DNA from: Spirochaetia bacterium
Lineage (GTDB): Bacteria > Spirochaetota > Spirochaetia > UBA9216
Direction of reading: 5' to 3'
NCBI GenBank assembly: GCA_963677925.2
Contig: CAXXYH010000004.1
Coordinates: 928,001 to 992,000 of the forward strand
Length of the DNA stretch: 64,000 nucleotides
Positions within the stretch are counted from its first letter, which is position 1. Every line of letters begins with the position of its first letter. Both the position numbers and the translations under genes were made by a program. This document shows positions 36,645 through 48,600 of the stretch, one piece after another. The notes under the pieces were generated by a model, which made no database searches, was not told the origin of the DNA, and saw only the letters and a list, made by a program, of their open reading frames with translations.

Positions 36645-39600
36645 ATGTGGTATATTTTTAAAGATATGCTGTTCAACCGAAAGAGAATAAAATTACTACT
36701 ATTAACCTCTATATTTAGTATCTGTTTCATAGCCTTTCTATCAGCGGTACCGAATATACAGACAACGGATATGACTATCTCCGGAGCTTCCGGCACAGGA
36801 AGTGTATTTATTACAGGAGATACTATTGTTGTAGAATGGGATAGTACAAATAGTCCTCAAAACTATGCGCCTCCGGCCTCAAATGACATCACCGCTGTAA
36901 GCGTAGATTTTTCTCAGTTCGGCGGAGGTGCTGCTGTTGCTGCAGTTGATGACGGCAGCGGTGATGACACAGCTTCGGGTGACGGTATATGGACAGCTTC
37001 CTATACAATAGTCGCAGGCGCCATAGACAGCGCAGCAGTAAGAATAACAGTTACAGCAACTAACCTGGATGGTACAACTGGACCGGTAGATAACGGTGCC
37101 GATCTTTCCTGTGACAATCAGTCTCCCGCAGTGACCGACGGTAATTTAAGCATAAGCGGAGCTACCGGCACAGGCAGCGTCTTTATATCAGGAGATACCG
37201 TAACAGTAACCTGGAACAATACCGCAGGAGGCGATAATAACGGTGATATCAGCTCTGCGACTGCCGATTTTACAGAGTTCGGAGGCGGGGCTGCGGTTGC
37301 CATGGCTAATGCAGCTGAAACCTGGACAGCAGGTTATGCCCTGCTGGACGGGATCGATACCTCCAATCTGAATGTAAGTATTACAGCAACCGATGATGCA
37401 GGAAACACAACAACAGTTGCAGATACGAGCAATGCTGATGTTGATACAACTGCACCCGCAGGATATACGGTTGCTATTGCTGATGTTGACGGATATATCA
37501 ATGCCTCAGAGGTTGCAAGCCTGGACTTTGATTTCACAGGTGCTGAAGTAGGAGCAGATTACAGCTACACATACACAAGCAGCGGCGGAGGCGGACCTGT
37601 AACCGGCAGCGGAACAATCGCCACAGCAACCGACACCATAAATGATGATTTAAGCACCCTCAATGACGGTACAATAACGCTGACGGTCGCCTTGACTGAT
37701 CCGGCCGGAAACACCGGTGCGGATGCCACCGACACAAGCGTGCTTGATACTGCAGCACCCGGAGCATTTACAGCGGGGACAGTGACTGCTACCGGCGGAA
37801 CAGTTACCGCAAACTACTGGAACTCTACAAATACCGGAATAACCGTAACAATTCCGATAGCAAATGATACAAGCCTCAGCGGCGGAACAGTGCAGCTGCA
37901 GGGCTTTGCGACAGGCGGAGCCTGGGAGAATCTTGCAGGCGCTATAGCAATCGGCGGCGGAGATATAAATACAAACAAGGATCATACAGCAACAGCGGCT
38001 GAGCTGGAAGCTCTTTCCGGTTTCGGCGAAGGCGACACAGTACAGCTTCGTGCGGTTATTACCGATGTCGCCGGAAACTCAACAACCGGCACCGCAAGTG
38101 CAACAACACTTACTGTAGATCAAACCGTACCCGCCGGATATACGGTTGCGATTGCTGATGTTGACGGATATATCAATACCTCAGAAGTTGCAAGCCTGGA
38201 CTTTGATTTCACAGGAGCTGAAGTAGGAGCAGATTACAGCTACACATACAGCAGTGGCGGCGGAGGCGGGCCTGTAACCGGCAGCGGAACGATAGCTACA
38301 GCAACCGATACCATAAATGATGATCTAAGTGCTCTCAATGACGGAACTGTAACTCTGACTGTTGCCCTGACTGATCCGGCCGGAAACACCGGTGCGGATG
38401 CCACCGACACAAGCGAGCTTGATACTGCAGCACCCGGAGCATTTACAGCCGGAGCAGTGACTGCCACCGGCGGAACAGTTACCGCAAACTACTGGAACTC
38501 AACAAATACAGGAATAACCGTAACCATCCCGATAGCGAATGATGCAAGCCTCAGCGGCGGAACAGTGCAGCTGCAGGGCTTTGCGACAGGCGGAGCCTGG
38601 GAGAACCTTGCCGGAGCCATTGCCATAGGTGGCGGAGATATAAATTCAAACAAGGATCATACTGCAACAGCTGTACAGCTGGAGGCTCTTACGAACTTTG
38701 GTGAAGGCGACACGGTCCAGCTCCGCGCGGTTATTACCGATGTTGCCGGAAACTCAACAACCGGCAGTGCAAGTGCAACAACGCTGACTGTAGATCAAAT
38801 TGTACCGACAGCATTCACTGCCGGAGCTGTAACCGCAACCGGCGGAACAGTTACCGCAAACTACTGGAACTCAACCAATACGGGATTAACCGTTACCATC
38901 CCGATAGCAAATGATGCAAGCCTCAGCGGCGGAACAGTGCAGCTGCAGGGCTTTGCGACAGGCGGAGCCTGGGAGAATCTTGCAGGCGCTATAGCAATCG
39001 GCGGCGGAGATATAAATACAAACAAGGATCATACAGCAACAGCGGCAGAGCTGGAAGCTCTTTCCGGTTTCGGTGAAGGCGACACAGTCCAGCTCCGTGC
39101 GGTTATTACCGATATTGCCGGAAACTCAACAACCGGCAGTACGAGTGCGACAACGCTTACTGTTGATCAGGTTCTGCCGACTCTTGCTCCCGTACATATT
39201 CAGTCTGATAATGCTGATACCGCAACCGCCAAGATCCAGGATACAATTACTCTTACATTCACATCGTCTGAAACGCTGTCTGCCCTGCCTGTCGTTACCG
39301 TAACAAGTCTGTTGAGGGCGGCAACTGAATCGTCACTCGGCGGCGACGATTATCAGGCTGATTACCAGCTTCTGCCGGCAGACAGAACAATCGCAGAAGC
39401 AGCCGTTACATTCACTATAGATTTCAGTGATACTGCGGGTAATGCAGGAACACAGGTTACAGCAGTGACAGATGCTTCATCAGTTACTTTTTACCGTGAA
39501 TGCAACTGGGGGGGATCTTCCGGCGGAGGCTGGTCCGTAGCCGGAAACTGGGTTGAGGGCTATGTTCCGGCAGCGGCTGATGATGTTGTAATAGCATCCG

Positions 39601-42600
39601 GCTATCCGGTGCTTTCTGTTGATTCTTCAGGTGAGGATGTAATAGTTTCCGCAGGCGCTGAACTCTGGACCGGTACAAATAACCTCAGCATCAGCTCTAT
39701 TGATCTTCAGGGTACAGCAATCCTGCGCAGATCAGGCGGGACAAATGTTTCCGCTACCGATACAGACAGCGGTACGGTCAGGTATACAGGCGGAGGCGCA
39801 GTTCAGGAATACGGTGTCACCGATTACTTTGATCTTGAATTAAATGCAGCTGCCGCATTTACAGTTGGAACAAGTCTTACTACAGCTGATAACCTGATAA
39901 TTACAAACTCCACCGGTGTTGATTTCGGTGCAGGCGTAACAGTTACATCAGGTTCTAATCAGATAGATATAATCTCTTCAACCGGTACAATCCGTTTTAG
40001 GGAGGCTCTGACTGTTGATAATCTCAATGTGGGAGCTGCTGGATATTCAGTCAGAATGGACAGCGGATGTACAATAACCAACGCTGTTAATTTTCAGAAT
40101 ACAACAAGTGTAATACTTTCCGGTACATGCAATTTTAACGGCGGAATGTCAACAGGCACGTCATTGACGCTCAATGGTGATATTATAACTACTGCTGACA
40201 ATGTTTCGGTTGCGGGTATAAGTCTCACCGGAGCCAGCAGTATCGATACCGGAGCTGCCGGCGGAAATATTCAGATTTCCGGATCTGTTGCCGGCTCAGG
40301 GGCAAATCGTGATTTTACAATTGATGCCGGTACCGGCAGTGTCACTCTCGGCGGAGTACTGACCACAAATATTAATAATCTTATAATCACCGGTACAGGA
40401 GCCGGTATTGCCCTTCCGGCTGTCACGACTGCCGGCGGGCTTACCTGTACTGTCGGAGGAGATATAACCCAGGGAGCAGCCCTGAGCATAAGCGGAGCCG
40501 CTGCTTTTGAAGCCGGAGCCGGAAATGATATTACTCTTATAAACGGCAGTAATGCATTTAATACACTTACTTTCACAAATTCAGCAAATGTAAACATTAG
40601 CGAACCCGCTGCATTTACAGTTGGTGCGGGGGCTTCTGCCTACTCAGGAACTCTTACTCTGAATGCAGGAACTGCATTAACTGTCAGCGGAAATATCACG
40701 GGTTCAGGAGCCGGCACAGTCAGCCTTACCGCCGGAACCGGCGCGATGATCATTAATGACGGCGCTGCAGTTGATGCCGGAAGCGGCACAATTACTGTAA
40801 GTACTGGTACCGATCTTACTCTGGGAAGACTTGTTACAACCAGTGCCGGAGCCCCTGCAATTGACATGACAGTCGGCGGTGAGGTTATAGACGGCGGTGA
40901 TACCGGCGGAAGTGATATAGCTGCAGGCGGAGAACTTCAGATCAATGCTTTGGACGGAATAGGCAGCAGCGGTGCAAACGGTGCGGTTGAGACAGATGTT
41001 GTTTCGCTTGACCTGTCACTCAGCGCCGCCGGTGATATAGATATCATCGAAAACAACGATGTTCTGATTATAGATATTACCGCAGCAAACGGCAATGTAA
41101 CGCTGACAGGCGGCGGGGCGATTACCGTAAATGCTAATGATGCTGTGGCCGATGTTAGTGGAAATACCATAAGTCTGAGCTCAAACGGAGATATCGGAAC
41201 CGCAGCCTCCAGTATCGAGCTTGATATATCAACGGCCCTGAATGCCGATTCAACTTCTGCAAACGGAGATATATACCTTGATTCTCTCGGGGCGTTTCCG
41301 GTCGGCTTGATTGATGCCGGAACCGGAGATGTTGAGGTGACAGCGACCGGCGGTATTACGGATGCGGCCGGAGATGCAGCAGCAGATATAGCTGCAAACA
41401 TATTATGGGTTAATGCCCCGGCATCCTTTGCGCTTGATACTTCTGTTACGGTTATCAGAGGTACAGTCACTGGAAGCTTTACGGTGGATGAAGTGAGTGC
41501 GATACAGCTTGGCAATGCCGCAGGCGGTATTTCAAGCGGAACAGGTGCTTTAAGTATTGAAGCTGACGGATCTATTACCACCGGAAATGCCGTATCAAGC
41601 GGCGCCAATCAGAACCTTACACTCACAACAACGGGGAATGGCGATACGATTACTCTGGGACACGCTGTCAGTGCCGGCGGATCCGGTATTGTGGACATCA
41701 ATTCCGGGGATGATTTCACCCTTAATGACGGCATAGTTCTTGGCAGCGGTACCGGAAATATTACCGTGGATACATTAAACGGAGGGGTTCTGACTGTAAA
41801 CGGGAGTATTACAACTGCCGGTGCAGGTACGATCAATCTCACCTCTGTTGATGCGGTAGTAATGGATACAACATCGCTTATCCAGACTGTGAACGGGCAG
41901 ATAGATGTAAGCGCCGGAGCAACCGGATTAACTGTCGATGTAATTGAGGCTGCCGGAGGTTCTGCCGCTATCAACCTCACAGCTGTCGGCAGCGCTATAG
42001 AGGAAGCTGATAATACAGCCCTTATAGGAGCCGCAGGGAGCACAACCGTTCTTACATTAAGTGCCGGAACAGATATAGGGGCAGGCAGCGCCCTTAATAC
42101 CAACGTTGGAACCCTGGTTGCTTCTGCCGGAGGCATTCTAAGCATCAATGAATCCACGGCGATTATTCTGGGTGCGGGAAGCGGGGTAAGCAGCAGCGGA
42201 GGTGATGTAACTATACAGGCGGCCGGAGCAATGACAACCGGCAACAGCATTACGACGACCGGCGCAAACGGAGCAATAACGCTGACGAGCACCGGAACAA
42301 ATCCCATTACGCTCAGCAATACCGTAACAGCCAATGGTTCGGGTAATATTGATATCAACTCATCATCAGCATTTACACTTGCTGACGGTGTTGTCATGAG
42401 CAGTACAAGCGGTGACCTGACAGTAGATACAACCGGTGCAAACGCTTTACTGATATATGGAAACATCACAACAGGATTGACCGGAACTATAGATATAACC
42501 GGAACAGATGCTGTTACGATGGATGCGTCATCGCTTATCCAGACCGCAGCCGGCCAGATCGATATAAGTGCCGGTGCAAATGGTTTGACGGTGGATGTCG

Positions 42601-45600
42601 TGGAGTCAACAGGAAATGGAGCAATCAATCTTACAGCCGTCGGAAATGCTATTGAGGAAGCTGATAATTCAGCAAGGGTGGGAGCCGTAAATAGTACGAC
42701 TGTACTTACTTTGACTGCCGGTACAGACATAGGCACCCTGAATTCATTAAACACAAATGTAGGAAGTATAACTGCTTCTGCTGCAGCTGCCGGAGATATA
42801 AGCATAACCGAAGCCACGGATGTAACACTCACTTCCATTACAGCTGCAGCAGGCGATGTAAATATCGTATCGACAGCAGGAACTATCAATGTTGCTGCTG
42901 TAAGCGCATCAGGGACTGCTGCACTGACTGCAGCAGCCGGAAGTATCCTTGAGGCTGCCGCAACAGATGCCGCCTCGGATATTACCGCTGATTCAATATC
43001 ACTGACAGTACAGAATGCAATTGGAACTTCGGCAGCCGGAGAGGAGATTGAAATCAATCTCGGCGGCGGAAGCCTTGGGCTCACCACTACTGCAGCAGCA
43101 CCTTCAGGGAATATTTACATCGCCGAGACAAACGGTGTTCTAAGCAGTTCGCAGATTTCTTCGTCCACAGCAGGGGCCTCTGTTCAAACAATAATTATCT
43201 ATAACCGCAATGCCGGAATAACTGTAAATAATGCATGGAATCTTGGAAACGATGATCTCGAGCTGAGAGCCACAACTGCCGGTGATATAGCCTTTGTCGG
43301 CGGTTCTATTACCACAAGCGGTGATGTAAGTCTTGAATCTGCAGCCGGCGGAATTACCGATGATGATGGTACTGCGGATATAATATGCGGAAATCTCATT
43401 ATCGATGCAGATGCTGGTGTCGGAGATGCAAATATACTTGAAACAACAGTTTCTACCATAGACCTGGATAATAACACCACAGGTACAGTTCAGATCACCG
43501 AGAGTAACGGGCTGACAATCAACAAGCTGTATAATGTAAACAGAGCTGAAACCCTTGTTTCAACAGCCGGAAGCATACTCATCGGAAATTCAGTAATTCC
43601 GGCAATAAGCGCCGGTACATCAACTGTAACCCTGACAGCTGCTGCCGGAGAGATCTATGACTCTGCGGCTGCCGATACAGATATCGATATAAATGCGGAT
43701 ACTGTAGATCTTAACGCATCAACAGGAATCGGTGAAACAAACGAAATTGAACTCGCAAGCGTCACAACTCTTACTGCGGATACTTCTTCCGGAAATATCG
43801 ATATTGATCATACTGCCGATGCCGGACTGTCGGTTACAACGATGACAACAGGCGGGGCTTCAGCAATTGATTTTGATCAGATCGGAAACCAGAGCCTGAC
43901 ACTGGTCACTGTCACTGCTTCAAACGGAGATATAACTGTAACGAACACCGGCGGAACCGGTGCAGATACAGGCCTCGGCAGTATTACTGCGGATACAGCA
44001 GATGACACTGTGTCAATATCTGCATCAGGAGCAATTGTTGATTCAACCGCCTCTGATACAACCGCCGATGTCACTGCTGCGGTTATAATACTTTCGGCAG
44101 ATGATTCTGGAATAGGTCAGGATGCAAACGGGGCTGTCGACGTCAGGGCTGCAGTCGGTCTTTCCGCTGACAGTTCTGCAGACGGGAGCGACATCGCGCT
44201 TTATGATCCTGTTGGACCGACACCGGTTGTACTGCTTACAACAGGCGGTACGGGAAATATTGTCCTTACTTCCCTGAATGCGGTCACAGATCCAGGCGGA
44301 AATGCAGAGAATGATATAAGCGCAGCCGATCTTAACATTACCGCCCAGGGCGGAATAAATCTGGATACTGCTGTGTCAACAATGACGCTGAATGCACAGG
44401 CTGCAGGTTCGGTGACTATCAGGGAAACTGATGCAGTTACCTTTACCTCGGTTACGGCTTCAAACGGCCCGGTTACCCTTTCCACAGTTAATGCCGGCAA
44501 TATCGTTCTGACTAATATTGTCAGCAGCAACGATACAGATGTTAACGATATCAGCGTAACCGCAGCTAATGGTGATATTGAGGTTGATACAATTGATGCG
44601 CAGGGAAGTAATGCCGACATTAGCCTGACAACGGTAAACGGGGCAGTTACGAATACCGATTCAACCTCTGATGTAACCGGCGATGTTCTGACCATCAGTA
44701 CTGCAAACGGTACGGGTGTAAGTTTTGGGCAGGCGATCAGCACAACTGTAAATACATTAAATGTGGGTAATTCCGCAGGCGGTGATATCGCGATTGATGA
44801 ATCCGGCGCTGTTACAGTTACGGGACTGACCACAGTTGCAGGTGGAAATATCCGTCTGGATGCCGACGGTACTATTTCCCTGAACGGGGCAGGGGCTTCA
44901 GCCGCAGGTGCAGGAAGTGTAATCCTGACCGGTATAGGCGCCGGAAATAACCTTGACATAAATGCGGCTGTAAACGGAGGTACCGGAGCTGTAACTCTGA
45001 CCGGCGGCACCTCAATCGATACAAACAGCAATGTTACGACCTCAAACAATGCCATCCAGTTTGCAAGCAATACATATATAACTGATGATGCGACTGTTAC
45101 AGTCAGTACAGGTGCAGGCGTAGGCGGAACAATTACTTTCAGCGGAACACTCGATGGCGAGGGTTCTGATTTTACGGACAATCTTACCCTTATTGCCGGA
45201 ACCGGCAATATTGATTTTGATGCCGCTGTTGGAAGCTCGGTCGACATGGGCAATGTATTAATCAGCAGTGCTCTCGATGTGACAGCAGATGCAGCCTTCA
45301 GTGCAAACACTTTAACCCAGACAGCGGGCACAGGCGATACCCAGTTTGACGGTGCTGTAACGCTGCAGGCTGCCGGCGGTATGGATATAACAACCGATAC
45401 CGTAACGATCAACAGTACGATAAATACATTAACAGCCGGAAACGGAGGAACCGTAACAATAACCAATGCCGGTCTGCTTGATATAGCAGCAGGGGCAAAT
45501 ATGAGCCTTGATGGAGCCTTCCTGCAGGATGGTGCCGGAGATGTGGAGACAGCAGGTAATATTACAACTACAGATGATAATATTTATTTTACATCGAATG

Positions 45601-48600
45601 TAACACTTACTGATGACGGGACAGTATCGCTTAATACCGATACGGGTGCAGGAACAATAACTTTCAATGGGACACTCGACGGCGATGATGCCAACTTTGA
45701 TGACGACCTGAGTCTTGCAGCAGGAACCGGTAATATTGATTTTAACGGAATTGTCGGCGGAACAAATGATCTTGGCGATGTAAGTATCAGCAGCGCTGCA
45801 GATGTTACAGCGGATTTTGCCTTCAGTGCAAATACTTTTACTCAGACAGGCGGAACCGGAGACACTCAGTTCGATGGTGCTATAGTTCTTGAAGCCTCAG
45901 GCGGAATGGATATAACAACCAATACAGTTACGATCAACAGTACTATAGACACAGTCGCAGCCTTAAACGGCGGAACTGTAACCATAACCAATGCCGGACT
46001 TCTCGATATAGCACCGGGTGCTGACATATCGCTCGACGGTGCTTTCACACAGGATGGAGCCGGAGCTGTTCAGACTGCCGGAAATGTGACCACGACTCAG
46101 GATGATATCTATTTTACCTCAGCAGTAACTGTTACTGACGATGAGTCTATCGTTTTTGATACTGATATTAATGATACTGGCTCCATACAGGGAGATTTAA
46201 CATTTAATTCAACAGTCGGTACCAGCAGTGCTGATACCGGGATTCTATCTCTGGATTCAGGAATTGGAACCTTAACCCTGAATGGTGTTGTCGGCAGCGG
46301 GCTGATACCATTTCGATATGTGCTCATTCGCGGTGCAGGAAACTGTACATCCACGGCGGCTACGATAGATATGAGCGCACAGGATCTGTATATAGATGCC
46401 AATGGCTACACACTGGTTCTGCAGAAACATCTTTCAGCCGATAATTTAATCTTTTACGACGGAACCCTAAACCTGAATGCAAGAACTCTGACAACAGGTG
46501 GTGATCTTGCTGTATTCGGCGGAACCTACACAGCATTTGATTCTGCCAGAAGCGGAACACATGCTAATAATACCTACTTTGCATACCCAGAAATCAGTAC
46601 GCTTGCATACTATCCTTCAGGTGATGTTTACAATTCTGCTGATGGTCTTTTTTATACTGATGTATTTTATTTAACACAGGTTCTTACAGGTGCTGCCTTT
46701 GCCAATCTTAACGGCTCAACTATTAATGCAGGCGGCAATTTCTATGTTAACGGCGCGGATCTACCGGCAACCGCAGTATGGAATCTTAATATAAATGATA
46801 ATTCCCTGGTAACAGGTCTCGATACAGCTCCGGGCGATAACTTAACCGACTGGCCCTACGGCACAAACTATGCGGTTGTTTTCAGATCCGCTGTGGATTA
46901 CTGTAACGCTTCGAATTGGCTTGGTGTTGATCCCCAGAACGGAAACACGGACGGCGGGAATAATGTTGCAAACGTAGATTCAACCTTTCCCGAGATTTTA
47001 AATTATGAGACTGTCTTTGATAATGTAATAAGAGTTACATTCACAGAGGCAATTGAAAACGATAATGATGAAATATCCGCCGCTGTTTCAAACGTCTATG
47101 TCGACGGAAACTCCGGACTTACTTTCAGTGCCTCATATATTGATGCTGATGATGCTGCTCCGTTTAATTTCACAACCACAGACGGTGCGGGAGATCTTAC
47201 CACCTTCTATCTTCAGATAAACAGAGCCACAGCAACATGGAATACTGACGCAACCGGAACAAGCGACGGTAATGCCGGAAGCTCGGACCGCGAAGGAACC
47301 CATCAGGCAATTTCAGCATCACTGTCAATGCTGAAGGGCTCTTTCTTTGATGCAGATGGTCATAACCATGTCCGGAATTATGGACTTAATACCGAGGATA
47401 TCGCTGACGGATCTACGAATGAAACCTTCGCGGACGAGTGCCGGCCGTCCCTTGTCGCAGTTGTTGCCGGCCGCGTAAACCATCAGGCTGCCGCAGTCGA
47501 TGAAATCTATGACGGCCACAACTTCCTTCACCTGAGATACTCTGAACCTGTTGATATCGGAGATGATGTTAATTATGCAATTAGTGCGGGCGCGCCTCCG
47601 GCAAATGATCGTGCAGATGAGACCTTTGGAACCGGTGAGCACGGAGGTCATATTGTTCAGAATGGTGCAGATGTTGATGTCGTAGGCTACTTCTCATATA
47701 CAGGTACTTTTCAGTCCGGCAGCCGTGACGGTAATCCGGCAATTACTTCGCTCTATAGAAGCGGTGCAGAGAATCCATCCGGAGATTTCGGAATAACTCT
47801 ATATGTAGCGGGCTGGCGAACTGATGATACAGCTCTCTGGCCGGGTTACCTGGGGGATCCTGCAGAAACTCTTTTAAGTCACAGTGTAAATACCGATGTA
47901 TCAGCCGGAGGAGTTTCTATTAACGCACTATCAAACAGTTTTATTATAGATGCGCTAGGAAATGAAATTGAACCCTATGATGAGACATATCGTAATGCAT
48001 CAGTAACTTATCTGACTGATCCTATAGCAGATCCGGTTATCACAACAGCGGTTTCCGATATTCTTGTGAGCGGTACAACAAGTCTGCCGAATATTGATAT
48101 GCCGGCCGACCATATCACAGGATGGGATGTTGAGCCGCCTATTTTTTCGGTCTATGATGATACGGTTACTCCAAATACATATGAAATTATTTCGATAGCC
48201 AACGTGACTACAGGAAAGATTGAAAGACTGGAGTTCTTTATTAGGGATAATGAGACTTCTCAGGGAGGGTTCACCCAGGCTGTTGATGCAGGGATTGTAC
48301 ACCCGGAAGCCGGCGCAAACCTCGGAGTACGCGATGCTACTTGTGCCATTGATGCGGCAAACTCGATTGATCCTTATACCGCATTCTCTATAGCCGATGT
48401 AAATGATGCAGGTTTGACAGCCGGGTATAATACCGGTATTACTACTACGGTTCAGGATGCCTCGATCTTTCTTGGTCCGATTACGGCTGCTGATGATTCA
48501 TACTTTGCACTGACTCTGAATGATCTGCATAACTGGAATACCCGTACAGCTCTTCAGATAAAGTACGATGCATCGATCGGATATATAACCGATCTTGCAG

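Noticed and set aside
37443-39170. Possible CRISPR array or mobile repeat
   Set aside because: Repeats are 300-370 bp, in frame and coding, with no short repeat-spacer pattern and no cas genes.
40271-46402. Long antisense ORFs (up to 492 aa) opposite the giant gene
   Set aside because: Shadow frames caused by the G/A/T-rich codon bias of the sense gene; no RBS or recognisable domains.
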